Part shown: positions 19,698 through 29,088 of the stretch, one piece after another
How positions within the stretch are numbered: position 1 is the stretch's first letter
How the letters are laid out: the number at the start of each line of letters is the position of its first letter
NCBI GenBank assembly: GCA_964571765.1
Contig: CAZNDH010000001.1
Location: 30,773 to 94,772 of the forward strand
Origin: an uncultured Acidimicrobiaceae bacterium
GTDB taxonomy: Bacteria > Actinomycetota > Acidimicrobiia > Spongiisociales > ZC4RG35
Length of the DNA: 64,000 bases
Direction: 5' to 3'
The notes under the pieces: generated by a model
Seen by the model: the letters and a program-made list of their open reading frames with translations, nothing else
Database searches by the model: none
What the model was told of the DNA's origin: nothing
Made by a program: the position numbers and the translations under genes

Positions 19698-21119
19698 TCA
19701 CCCCAACTCACGTCGGGCCCGACGGATCCGGTCCAAAGTACGTTCCCGGCCCAGGGCGGCGATCGACTCGAACAGGGGAGGGCTCACCGAGGACCCGGTG
19801 ACCGCCACCCGGAGCGGCTGGAACACCTTGGCTGCCCCCAGACCCAACTCCTCGGGGATCCGGCGCAGCTCCGACTCCACGGTGGCGGCGTCCCAGGGCT
19901 CCAAGGTCTCGAGTCGGGCCAGGCCGGCGTCGAGCACCTCGCCGACCCCTTCTCGGGTCATCACCTTCTCCCAAGAAGGCCCGTCGTATGAGGCGATGTC
20001 CTCGAAGAGGAAGCGCACCTGCTCACCGGCCTCGGGGAGGAGGTGGGTCCGTTCCTGTACCAAAGGAGCGACCATGCCGAATCGGGCCCACTCATCCTCG
20101 TCGAGGGACCGACCCAACGCCGTCTCGACATGGGGTCTGACCAACCCGACGAACCGGGGAGGATCCATCGCCCGGATGTACTCCCCGTTCATCCAGGCCA
20201 GCTTCTCGGGGTCGAATGCCGCCGGGTTCTTCGACACGTCGGCCAGGTCGAAGGCGCCAACCGCCTCTTCCTTGGTGAAGATCGTGGTCTCGGCGTCGAG
20301 AGACCAGCCGAGAATCGCCAGATAGTTGAACATCGCCTCGGGGAGGTAGCCGGCATCCCGGAACTCGGAGAGGGCGGTCGCCCCATGGCGCTTGGACAGT
20401 TTGCGGCCGTCGGTGCCGAAGAGCAGGGGGAGGTGAGCGTAGACCGGCTCCGCGACGCCCATCGCCCGAGTGAGGAGGATGTGCTTCGGGGTGGAGGGCA
20501 GGAGGTCCTCACCCCTGGCAACGTGGGTGATCTCGTAGTCGACGTCGTCCACCGTCGAGGCCAGGTGATAGGTGGGGCTGCCGTCGCTGCGGAGGATGAC
20601 GAAATCGTCGATGTCCTCGGGATCGAAGCTGACCCGGTCCCGGACCAGGTCGTCGAACACCACCGGGGCGTCCTGAGGCACCGAGAGCCGGATCGCCCCA
20701 TCGGCCCTCTCCACTTCGGGTCGCCGGATGTAGTGACCCGGATGGAGACCCTCGGCCTGGGCCCGGGAGCGCAGCTCATCGAGTTCCTCGGTGGCCCTGT
20801 CGTCAAAGTAGGCGGCGGCCGACTCGACCAGCCCGTGGGCCACCTCCCGATAGCGGTCATACCGGTTGGACTGGCGGTAACTGCCATGGGGGCCGCCCAC
20901 CCCTACACCCTCATCCCAGTCGAGTCCCAGCCACCGGATGGAGTCGAGGATCTCGGCTTCGAACGCTGCGGTGGAGCGCTCCCGGTCGGTGTCGTCGATG
21001 CGAACGATGAACACCCCGCCGTTGTGACGGGCGTACAGCCAGTTGAACAGGGCGGCCCGGGCGGTGCCGACATGGAGGGTTCCCGTCGGTGAGGGGGCCA
21101 TCCTCACCCGCACCGTCAT
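19698..21119 (-). CDS. gltX: glutamate--tRNA ligase
   Basis: [16 protein letters not shown]. Confidence 0.96.
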   Translation of the reverse strand: MTVRVRMAPSPTGTLHVGTARAALFNWLYARHNGGVFIVRIDDTDRERSTAAFEAEILDSIRWLGLDWDEGVGVGGPHGSYRQSNRYDRYREVAHGLVESAAAYFDDRATEELDELRSRAQAEGLHPGHYIRRPEVERADGAIRLSVPQDAPVVFDDLVRDRVSFDPEDIDDFVILRSDGSPTYHLASTVDDVDYEITHVARGEDLLPSTPKHILLTRAMGVAEPVYAHLPLLFGTDGRKLSKRHGATALSEFRDAGYLPEAMFNYLAILGWSLDAETTIFTKEEAVGAFDLADVSKNPAAFDPEKLAWMNGEYIRAMDPPRFVGLVRPHVETALGRSLDEDEWARFGMVAPLVQERTHLLPEAGEQVRFLFEDIASYDGPSWEKVMTREGVGEVLDAGLARLETLEPWDAATVESELRRIPEELGLGAAKVFQPLRVAVTGSSVSPPLFESIAALGRERTLDRIRRARRELG

Positions 21120-21877
21120 CCCGCCACCACCGGGTTGGCCAGGGTGCCGATCCCGTCGATCTCCACCTCCATCAGGTCGCCGGGCTCGACCGGGCCCACC
21201 CCCTCCGGGGTCCCGGTGAGGATGACGTCACCGGGAAGCAGGGTGGTGAAGGCGGTGACATACTCGATGATCTCGGCGACCCCGAACACCATGTCGGAGG
21301 TGAACCCGGCCTGACGTACTTCCCCGTTGACCCGGCAGATCACCGCCAGTCGCTCCAGGGGGTCGAGCTCGGTCTCGATCGCCGGGCCGAGAGGACAGAA
21401 GGTGTCGAATCCCTTGGCCCGGGCCCACTGGCCGTCCTTGCGTTGCAGGTCCCGGGCGGTGACGTCGTTGCCCGCGGTGTAGCCGAAGATGTACTGGGAG
21501 GCGTCCTCAGCCTTTATGTTCCGGGCGGGGCGGCTCATCACCACGGCCAACTCCGCCTCGTGGTGGACCAGGGTGGACAGGCGGGGAAAGACAACGTTGG
21601 CGTCGGGGCCCACCACCGAGGTCGCCGGCTTGATGAAGATCAGCGGCTCTTCGGGGACCTCGCCCCCCATCTCGCCGGCATGCTCCTCGTAGTTCCTCCC
21701 CACGCACATCACCTTGGTCGGTAACACCGGGGCCAATAGCTGGGCGCGGGGCCAGGGGACCACAGTCTCGGTGGGCTCCCAGGCAACGAACGGCGACCCG
21801 TTGTACACCAACACGCCCTCGGTGTCGGCCACTCCATAGACGATGTCGTCGCCGGCCTTTACACGAACGATCTTCAT
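21116..21877 (-). CDS. fumarylacetoacetate hydrolase family protein
   Basis: [27 protein letters not shown]; overlaps the gltX start. Confidence 0.92.
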   Translation of the reverse strand: MKIVRVKAGDDIVYGVADTEGVLVYNGSPFVAWEPTETVVPWPRAQLLAPVLPTKVMCVGRNYEEHAGEMGGEVPEEPLIFIKPATSVVGPDANVVFPRLSTLVHHEAELAVVMSRPARNIKAEDASQYIFGYTAGNDVTARDLQRKDGQWARAKGFDTFCPLGPAIETELDPLERLAVICRVNGEVRQAGFTSDMVFGVAEIIEYVTAFTTLLPGDVILTGTPEGVGPVEPGDLMEVEIDGIGTLANPVVAG

Positions 21878-21889
21878 AGGGGGCCGACG

Positions 21890-22390
21890 CTAACCGTGAA
21901 CGGCGGCGTGGGCCCTATCGGTGTGACGGAGCGCCCAGCGGATCCGATCGGGTTTCTCCACGAGGAGACTCCGGTCGACCTCGGCGACCGCAGTCTCGCC
22001 GGGCCGGGACTCGTGGGGCACCGCTGCCAGCCATTGTCGGCGCCGCTCGACCACCTCCGGTGGGATCTCCTCCCCGTAACCACAGAGCACCAACGCCACC
22101 TCGATGTCCTCGGGCACCGCTGCCCTCCCCAGGGCGGCTGCCCGGGCCATCACCAGACCGGTGACCACCCGGTCGAGACCGGGGTCGTCGGGCAGATCGA
22201 ACCTTCGGACCAGCTTGGTGGCCCAGCCGGGATCGGGACCGGTGACACCGAACGTCCCGCCCGCCGGAACGTCCGAGGGGCCTTGGGGGATTCCCGGCTT
22301 GGCCGAGCGCCAGCCTCTGGAGGACGGCGGCTCGAGGGAACGCCGCGGCAGGTCCGCCTCGGTCAGCTCCACATTGGGTTGCTGGCCCAT
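21890..22390 (-). CDS. conserved hypothetical protein
   Basis: Fills the gap between ilvE and the FAH gene in the same orientation; GPDPGWA and RAAALGRA segments. Confidence 0.65.
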   Translation of the reverse strand: MGQQPNVELTEADLPRRSLEPPSSRGWRSAKPGIPQGPSDVPAGGTFGVTGPDPGWATKLVRRFDLPDDPGLDRVVTGLVMARAAALGRAAVPEDIEVALVLCGYGEEIPPEVVERRRQWLAAVPHESRPGETAVAEVDRSLLVEKPDRIRWALRHTDRAHAAVHG

Positions 22391-22395
22391 GACCC

Positions 22396-23310
22396 CTAGA
22401 CGAACGAGAGCCAGTGGCGGTAGTCATCGAGCTTGCCGGCGACCGCCTCCCGAAACAGCTCCTGAACCTTGCGGGTGATAGGACCGGGAGTGCCGTCGCC
22501 CACTGGGCGGCGGTCGATCTCCCGCACCGGGGAGACCTCGGCCGCGGTTCCGGTGAGGAACACCTCGTCGGCGGCGTACAGGCTCCCTCGGACGAGATCG
22601 CCCTCCTTGACCTCGATCCCCTCGTCGCCGAGCAGCTCGATCACCGAGTTGCGGGTTATGCCCTCGAGGATCCCGCACGACACCGACGGGGTATGAACCG
22701 TGCCCCCGCTCACCAGGAACAGGTTCATCCCGCTTCCCTCAGACAGAGAGCCACTGTCGTTGAGGAGGATGGCCTCGTCGACCCCGGCGTCGAGGGCCTC
22801 GGCCTTGGCCAGCATCGAGTTGAGATAACCCCCCGAGCCCTTGGCGGTGGGGATCAACGATGTGTGCGAGATCCGCCGCCAGCTGGAGATGATGGTGGTG
22901 ATCCCCTTTTGGGCTGCCTCGTCACCGTGGTAGCTACCCAGGGGGAAGGCGGCCATCATCGTCTGCACCTCGTTGTCGAAGGGGTAGAGGCCGATGGTGC
23001 CCATCCCGTAGAAGACCTGAGGACGGATGTAGGCCGACTCCAGCCCGGTCACCCGGAGAAGCTCGAGGCAGGCTTGGGACATCTCGTCCGGGGTCCACTT
23101 CATCGGGATCCGGTAAGAGCGCGCCGAGATCTCGAGACGCACCATGTGCTCCCTCAGCCTGAATACCGCGGTGCCCTCGGGGGTCTGATAGGCGCGAATG
23201 CCCTCGAACACACCTGTGCCGTACTGAAGCCCGTGGCTGAGGAAATGCACGGTTCCCTGATCCCACGGGATCAGCTCACCGTCATTCCAGATGTGGGATG
23301 CGGTATCCAT
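22396..23310 (-). CDS. ilvE: branched-chain amino acid aminotransferase
   Basis: YGTGVFEGIRAY, EGSGMNLF, LEGITR, FLTGTAAEV. Confidence 0.93.
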   Translation of the reverse strand: MDTASHIWNDGELIPWDQGTVHFLSHGLQYGTGVFEGIRAYQTPEGTAVFRLREHMVRLEISARSYRIPMKWTPDEMSQACLELLRVTGLESAYIRPQVFYGMGTIGLYPFDNEVQTMMAAFPLGSYHGDEAAQKGITTIISSWRRISHTSLIPTAKGSGGYLNSMLAKAEALDAGVDEAILLNDSGSLSEGSGMNLFLVSGGTVHTPSVSCGILEGITRNSVIELLGDEGIEVKEGDLVRGSLYAADEVFLTGTAAEVSPVREIDRRPVGDGTPGPITRKVQELFREAVAGKLDDYRHWLSFV

Positions 23311-23366
23311 CCACAAAGGGTAAACGCGCCGAAGGGCGGGGGAAATCCGGTTCTACGCTGCTGAAC

Positions 23367-23828
23367 ATGCCACGCCTGGTCGCCTCCTTTCTCGGCGTCG
23401 GCCTCATCCTGGGGAGGCTCAGAGGAGCCGACTCGGGATCGGGCACACTGGCGGCCCTCGTCGCCGGGGCCCTGGCCTACGCCCTGGGGCTCACCGCCGG
23501 CTGGCAGGCGGTGGCGTTGGGGTGTGCCCTGCTCCTGGGCATCGGGTTGTGGGTCACCTCGGCGCTGGAGCCGGAGGTGGGCGACGCCGGGTGGATCGTC
23601 ATCGACGAAGCCGCCGGGGTCTTCCTCGCCCTGACCGCAGTGGTGGCGTGGCCGGCGGCGGTGGCGGCCTTCACCGTGTTCCGCCTGGCCGACATCTTCA
23701 AGAGAGCCTTCCCCGGAGTTGCCGCCGCCGATCGGGCTGGAGCCGCCTGGGGAATCATGGGCGACGACCTGGTCGCCGGCATGTACGGTTTGGCCACAGG
23801 ACATCTCATCCAGTGGTTGCTCAACTAG
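23367..23828 (+). CDS. pgpA: phosphatidylglycerophosphatase A family protein
   Basis: SGT, IVIDEAAG, FRLADIFK, GIMGDDLVAG. Confidence 0.85.
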   Translation: MPRLVASFLGVGLILGRLRGADSGSGTLAALVAGALAYALGLTAGWQAVALGCALLLGIGLWVTSALEPEVGDAGWIVIDEAAGVFLALTAVVAWPAAVAAFTVFRLADIFKRAFPGVAAADRAGAAWGIMGDDLVAGMYGLATGHLIQWLLN

Positions 23829-23837
23829 GAGGCACAC

Positions 23838-24278
23838 GTGACTTGGGACATGCACACGGTGGTTGTCGGGGTCGACGGATCGGAGGGAAGCACCCACGCC
23901 GCCGAGCGTGGGGTGGCCATCGCCCGCAAATGGGGCGCCAGGCTTCTCCTGGTGACCGTGGTCCGCACACCCGAGGGGTGGTGGGGAATCGGTGGGGCGC
24001 CTCCCACCCCCGAGGCCCTGTCGGTGGCCCTGATCGAGGGTCAGAAGCAGATCCTCGACGAGGTCGAGTCCCACCTCGACCTCGACGGGGTCGACTACGA
24101 GATGATTCAGGAACTGGGGGACCCGGCGTCCCGGCTCATCGTGGTCTGCGAGGAGAAGGCGGCCGACCTCCTGGTGATCGGCAGACGCGGCGCCGGGTTG
24201 GTAGAGCGGGTCGTCCTCGGCTCGGTGGCCGATCGTCTCTGCCATCACGCACCCTGCCCGGTGCTCCTGGTCCCCTGA
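23838..24278 (+). CDS. universal stress protein
   Basis: VVGVDGS, LVIGRRG, LGSVA, PCPVLLV. Confidence 0.92.
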   Translation: MTWDMHTVVVGVDGSEGSTHAAERGVAIARKWGARLLLVTVVRTPEGWWGIGGAPPTPEALSVALIEGQKQILDEVESHLDLDGVDYEMIQELGDPASRLIVVCEEKAADLLVIGRRGAGLVERVVLGSVADRLCHHAPCPVLLVP

Positions 24279-24298
24279 GCCTGGCTACTCCCCCACAT

Positions 24299-24877
24299 GT
24301 GAACAGACCGGTAGGTGTGCTCCCTGTGCGCTCGTTCCGCTTCGGAAAGCGCAGACTCTCCGGAGAACTGGAGGACCAGCATCGTTGGAGATTGGGTCGT
24401 GCCCTCGCCGAGCACGTCACCGGTGTCTGCCGACAAGCCGGAGTCTCTGTGTTGGTCGTCACCTCCGATCCGGAGGTGACCGGGTGGGCAGATGACATCG
24501 GCCTGGAGACGTTGGACGAGCCGGGCACGGGCCTCGACGGTGCAGCCGAGGCCGGGGTCGGAGTGGCTGCAAGCAGGGGTTCGCCCTGGGTGGTGCTCCA
24601 TGCCGACCTTCCCTTGTTCACCCCAGACGACCTCGGGTGTCTGCTTCTACCGATCCTCGCCGGACGAGACGTGATCGCACCCTCGGCCGACGGGGGCACC
24701 ACCGCCATATCCTCCACCCGGAGTCTCGACTTCAGATATGGACCGGGGAGCTTCCATCGCCATCTTCGGATGCTCGACGACCCGGTGGTGGTGGTCCGCA
24801 CCGGCCTCCTCCACGACCTGGATTCCCCTGCCGACCTGGACTCCGCCAAACACCATCCTGCCGGCGAGTGGATCTGA
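24299..24877 (+). CDS. cofC: 2-phospho-L-lactate/PEP guanylyltransferase (F420 biosynthesis)
   Basis: PVRSF..GKRRLS, HADLP, DGGT, YGPGSFHRH, DLDSPADL; GTG at 24299. Confidence 0.8.
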   Translation: MNRPVGVLPVRSFRFGKRRLSGELEDQHRWRLGRALAEHVTGVCRQAGVSVLVVTSDPEVTGWADDIGLETLDEPGTGLDGAAEAGVGVAASRGSPWVVLHADLPLFTPDDLGCLLLPILAGRDVIAPSADGGTTAISSTRSLDFRYGPGSFHRHLRMLDDPVVVVRTGLLHDLDSPADLDSAKHHPAGEWI

Positions 24878-24881
24878 GTCG

Positions 24882-26045
24882 GTGGATCGGGAGACGGTGC
24901 TCCGCTGGCTGGGCTCGGGACTGGCCGCCGTCGACCCGAGGAGCCTGACCGCCCGACATCTCGGCCCGACCTGCGAGGAAGCCTCGATCATCGCCATCGG
25001 CAAGGCAGCCGCAGCCATGTGCTGGGGGGCGGCCGATGTCCTGGGCGACATCACCGGGATCTGCGTCACCGACAACGCGGGACCGGTGCCTGACGGGGTC
25101 AGGCTCATGGTCGGGGACCATCCCGTCCCCGGCGCGGCCAGCTTCGCCGCGGGCCGGGTGGTGATGGAGGTCGCCGAGCGCCTGACCGGACGGTGTGTGG
25201 CGCTGATCTCTGGGGGAGGATCGGCTCTGTGCGAGCAGACGGTCCCAGGGGTGGACGAGGCCTATCTCGCCACCACCAACAGTGCTCTGCTGGCCGGTGG
25301 AGCTTCGATAGGGGAGATGAACCTGGTCCGGAGTCACCTCTCGGCGATCAAGGGAGGCGGCCTGGCCCGTGCCATCGGCCGGCCGGTCGAGACCTTGATC
25401 ATCTCGGACGTTGCCGGCCGGGGCCCTGAGGTTGTGGCCTCCGGCCCCACCCTCGACATCGGACATCACCCCGATCGGGTGCTCGAACTGCTGGAACGCC
25501 ATCGCGTCGAGGTACCCGACGGGGTGGCCGACGCGATACGCCGGCCGCGTCCCCCCACTCCGGCGGGAGAGGTGAAGGTGATCGGTGATGGGCACACTGC
25601 TGCCCGGGCCGTGGTGGATGCAGCCACCAGCGATGAGGTGCCGGCCACCCTGGACACACAATGGGTCGACGGGCCGGTGGCGGAGGTACTGGAACGGTTC
25701 CTGGCCGAGTCCGGTTCGGGGGTGACGATCGCCGCCGGTGAGCCCGAAGTCCCGGTGACCGGAGGCGGCAGCGGCGGGCGCAACACCCACACCGCCGTCC
25801 TCGCCGCGCTCCACCTCGATGGAACCAGGGATGTCTTCGCTGCCCTGGCAAGTGACGGAGTCGACGGGGCTTCGGGCTCGGCGGGAGCCATCGTCGACGG
25901 GACCACCCTGACATCAGGCGGAGACCCCCAAGCGGCCCTCGCCGAATCCGACTCGGCGGGGTATCTCGCTCCGACCGGGAGTCTGATCCCTCGGGACCCC
26001 ACCGGTACCAACGTCGGCGACCTGTGGCTGTTGTGGCGACGCTGA
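24882..26045 (+). CDS. glycerate 2-kinase (DUF4147/MOFRL)
   Basis: IGKAAAAM, HPVP, LISGGGSAL, IKGGGL, ASDGVDG, TGTNVGD. Confidence 0.88.
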   Translation: MDRETVLRWLGSGLAAVDPRSLTARHLGPTCEEASIIAIGKAAAAMCWGAADVLGDITGICVTDNAGPVPDGVRLMVGDHPVPGAASFAAGRVVMEVAERLTGRCVALISGGGSALCEQTVPGVDEAYLATTNSALLAGGASIGEMNLVRSHLSAIKGGGLARAIGRPVETLIISDVAGRGPEVVASGPTLDIGHHPDRVLELLERHRVEVPDGVADAIRRPRPPTPAGEVKVIGDGHTAARAVVDAATSDEVPATLDTQWVDGPVAEVLERFLAESGSGVTIAAGEPEVPVTGGGSGGRNTHTAVLAALHLDGTRDVFAALASDGVDGASGSAGAIVDGTTLTSGGDPQAALAESDSAGYLAPTGSLIPRDPTGTNVGDLWLLWRR

Positions 26046-26080
26046 CCAGGTAGATTGACCGGGTCTCGGCGAAAGGCGTT

Positions 26081-26785
26081 ATGACCAGGAACCTGGTGAT
26101 CACCGGCGGAACCGGCGGTTTGGGCACGGCTCTGGTTCGTCGTCTCTTCCACCAGGACTATCGGCTGGTGGTCACTTACCTGCTCCCCGCCGAGGCCCAG
26201 GAGTTCGAGAAGGAGTTCGAGGTCGACGACGATCGGGTGATCCTCACCCGGGTCGATGCCACCAACCCCGAGGCGGTCAACACCCTGTTCAAGGAGGTCT
26301 CCGATAGGTGGGGCGGGATCCACGGCCTGTGTGCCCTGGTCGGAGGATGGGCCGGGGGCCGGGACGTCGAAGAGACCGACGACGTCCGCTTCGAGCGGAT
26401 GCTCGACCTCAACCTGCGCTCGGCCTTCTATTCGGTACGGGCGGCGCTCCCCCACCTCAAGAAGGAGAGTTGGGGTCGGATCGTCCTGGTGGGAAGTCGG
26501 GCCGCGGTGGACAACCCGCCGAGCCAGGCCGCCTTCAACATCGCCAAGGCAGGCGTGGTCTCACTGGGTCAGACGGTGGCGCAGGAACTGGACGGAACCG
26601 GGGTCACCGCCAACGTGCTCATGCCCTCGGTGATCGACACCCCGGCCACTCGCCAGTCGCTTCCCTATGCCGACTACGTCGACTGGCCGACTCCCGACGA
26701 GATCGCTGCCGTCGCCGAGTTCCTCCTCGCCGAGTCTTCCGGAGTGATGAACGGGGCACTGGTCCCGGTCTACGGCCGGGCGTAG
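26081..26785 (+). CDS. SDR family oxidoreductase
   Basis: TGGTGGLG; catalytic YxxxK appears as FNIAK; PSVIDTP. Confidence 0.85.
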   Translation: MTRNLVITGGTGGLGTALVRRLFHQDYRLVVTYLLPAEAQEFEKEFEVDDDRVILTRVDATNPEAVNTLFKEVSDRWGGIHGLCALVGGWAGGRDVEETDDVRFERMLDLNLRSAFYSVRAALPHLKKESWGRIVLVGSRAAVDNPPSQAAFNIAKAGVVSLGQTVAQELDGTGVTANVLMPSVIDTPATRQSLPYADYVDWPTPDEIAAVAEFLLAESSGVMNGALVPVYGRA

Positions 26786-26840
26786 AGCTCCAACCATTCC
26801 CCGAGATGGTGGGCTGCTCCCACTCGATCCAGCCGGTGCC

Positions 26841-26951
26841 CTAGTCGATCATCAACGGGGCGCCGTCTGCCCGGTGGGTCACCACCTCGGGAGACACCCT
26901 GAGCACCGGGCGCCGCTCCGTTCCCTGGAGACGGGGGCGTCCTCCGCCCAT
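26841..26951 (-). CDS. candidate 36-aa small protein
   Basis: MGGGRPRLQGTERRPVLRVSPEVVTHRADGAPLMID with a strong SD (GGAGGAGGTGA) just upstream, after the rnhA stop. Confidence 0.35.
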   Translation of the reverse strand: MGGGRPRLQGTERRPVLRVSPEVVTHRADGAPLMID

Positions 26952-26970
26952 CTCATCACCTCCTCCGGGG

Positions 26971-27633
26971 TCACAGCACCTGTCGTCGGTAGGCGGTGGC
27001 CAGGGCGTCGGCGTACTCGTTCCAGCGGTAACCGGAGTGGGCCGGTATCCAGGTGACACGGGCCTTCGGTCGCTCCCGGGCGAGCCGGTAGGCCTCTTTG
27101 ACCAACTCCAGGTTGGCGATGGGGCCAGTCTTGCGCCTCCAGCCCCGCCGCTCCCATCCTGCGGCCCACTTGGTGAGGGTGTCCACCACAAGCCGGGAGT
27201 CGGTATAGACGTCGATGCTCTGGTCGGGCTGGACCATGCGGAGCCCGGAGATCATCGCGGTCAGCTCCATCCTGTTGTTGGTGGTGTCCGGGTCCGCCCC
27301 GCGATCCTCCCTGATGACTTCCCCATCCATCACCATCACCGCGCCCCAACCACCAGGCCCGGGATTGCCTTCCGAGGCGCCGTCGGTGAACACCCCGGTG
27401 TCGGGACCCTCGTCGAACCGATCGAGGACCTCGGCCAATGTGAGGTCGCGGTCTTTGCTGGCGGACCGGCCTCCTCCGCCCGGCCCGGCAGTTCCACCGG
27501 AGCGGGCCACATCACCGGTCGCTGCCTTGCCGTCGCGGCAGTTCAGACATTGTCGGGGAACCCATCCGGGGAAGCGCTCGAGCACCTCCTGGCGAAGGTC
27601 GAAGCTGCGCCCGCAGTTCTCACAGGTGAACAG
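26971..27633 (-). CDS. rnhA: ribonuclease HI with N-terminal zinc ribbon (start uncertain: CTG 27633 or ATG 27699)
   Basis: FTDGASEGNPGPGGWG, TTNNRMEL, YTDS, AHSG..WNEYAD; CENC/CLNC at the N-terminus. Confidence 0.88.
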   Translation of the reverse strand: MFTCENCGRSFDLRQEVLERFPGWVPRQCLNCRDGKAATGDVARSGGTAGPGGGGRSASKDRDLTLAEVLDRFDEGPDTGVFTDGASEGNPGPGGWGAVMVMDGEVIREDRGADPDTTNNRMELTAMISGLRMVQPDQSIDVYTDSRLVVDTLTKWAAGWERRGWRRKTGPIANLELVKEAYRLARERPKARVTWIPAHSGYRWNEYADALATAYRRQVL

Positions 27634-27634
27634 G

Positions 27635-28924
27635 TCACACCCCGGTGTCGGACGACTCGAGGTGCGAGGCCACCGCGAAATCGAGCAGCTCGGGCCCATG
27701 CTCGGTCATGGCGACATGGGTGATCGAGGTGTTGGCCGGGGTGTAAAGCGACTCGGAGTAGCTGTCGTCGGTGGCGGTGAGCGAGGAGATGTAGGAGCGG
27801 ATGGCACCACCGTGGGCCACCACCACCGTGGGCTCTCCTTCGGCAGGCTCGATGGCCTCGACAGCGGCTGCCACCCGGGCGGTCAGCTCACCCCAGGACT
27901 CGCCGGTGGTTCCCCTGCGCAGGTCGACCCCGTGGCGGTAGATGGCTTCCATCATCGACGGCCAGCGTTCGGCGATCTCCTCGGTGGTGAGACCCTCCCA
28001 CTCCCCCATGTTCATCTCCTTGAGCCCGTCGACGGGGACGATCCCGTCGAGGGCGATGGGCTCGGCGGTGGACATCGCCCGACGAAGCGGGGAGGAGTAC
28101 ACCGCGGCCGCCCGTCCGTACCACTCCCCCAGGGACTCCGCCTGGGCCCGTCCCACTTCGTCGAGGCCCCAGTCACCATGGCCCTGCCAGCGTCGCTCGG
28201 TGTTGGCCTTGGTCCGGCCGTGCCGGATGAGGGCGAGCACCGGGTTGCCCTCGAGCAGGTGATGCTCCACGCTCCGCGACCGGGGGCCGAGATGGCCGGT
28301 GTCGTTGAACGAGGCGAGGCGAGGCCGGCCGAACTGGAGGACGATCCTGGTCAGGGAGATGTTGTGGGCGATGGGATGCACCCTCCTTCCCTTGGCGGGG
28401 AGGAAGCGGTGGAGGAGCGACTGGATGAACCCTCCATGGGTGACCACGATGGCCCGTTGGTTGTCACTCAACCCGGCGAACACCCGGTCGAGGGCGGCGT
28501 AGGCGCGCCTTCCCACCTCCATGAGGCTCTCGCCGGTCACCCCCATGGGGACCGTCCAGTCTTCGAAAGAGGCGCGCAGCTGGTCGTAGCTCTCCAGCTC
28601 GACCTCCTCGAATGAACGGCCCTCCCAGTCGCCCACGTCCATCTCGATGAATTCGTCGTCGATCACCACCTCCTCGGACACCGCGTATGCAGTGCGCCGG
28701 GCCCTGGTGAGGGGGGAGCTGATCACCATGTCGAAGTCCCACTGGGACATCCGCTTGCCCAGGGCGTCCAGGCTGACCTCCCCGCCCTCGCTCAGAGGCC
28801 CGTCGGTTCGCCCGTGCCACAGCCCCTCGACGTTCCCCTGCGACTCGGCATGACGGATCAAGACGATCTCTTTCGTCGAGGCCGGCGGCGGATACGGCCC
28901 ACCGACGAACTGGTTACGCGACAT
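27635..28924 (-). CDS. histidine phosphatase family protein with two tandem domains
   Basis: Two RH motifs (IRHAES, IRHGRT), each followed by SSPL.RA, E...G.WEG and HGG. Confidence 0.9.
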   Translation of the reverse strand: MSRNQFVGGPYPPPASTKEIVLIRHAESQGNVEGLWHGRTDGPLSEGGEVSLDALGKRMSQWDFDMVISSPLTRARRTAYAVSEEVVIDDEFIEMDVGDWEGRSFEEVELESYDQLRASFEDWTVPMGVTGESLMEVGRRAYAALDRVFAGLSDNQRAIVVTHGGFIQSLLHRFLPAKGRRVHPIAHNISLTRIVLQFGRPRLASFNDTGHLGPRSRSVEHHLLEGNPVLALIRHGRTKANTERRWQGHGDWGLDEVGRAQAESLGEWYGRAAAVYSSPLRRAMSTAEPIALDGIVPVDGLKEMNMGEWEGLTTEEIAERWPSMMEAIYRHGVDLRRGTTGESWGELTARVAAAVEAIEPAEGEPTVVVAHGGAIRSYISSLTATDDSYSESLYTPANTSITHVAMTEHGPELLDFAVASHLESSDTGV

Positions 28925-28957
28925 GCCTGGGTGACTCTAGAAGGGGGGTTCCACCAA

Positions 28958-29081
28958 GCGAACCTCAGGTACGGGAACCCGGATATGGGCCATAACCTCT
29001 CAGCTTCGTCACCTGGCGGGGCGCGCCTGGCGAACTTGAGAGGATTTGACCCGGATATGGGTCTGGGTACCTGAGGTTCGC
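28958..29081. repeat. 124-bp palindromic MITE/REP-like element
   Basis: 15-bp perfect terminal inverted repeat GCGAACCTCAGGTAC, inner imperfect 16-bp stem, ACCCGGATATGGG at 28977 and 29049. Confidence 0.7.
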
Positions 29082-29088
29082 AAACCCC

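Noticed and set aside
27635-27637. Selenocysteine or stop-codon read-through fusing the phosphatase to RNase H
   Set aside because: RNase H is in a different frame from the TGA, so read-through alone cannot fuse them
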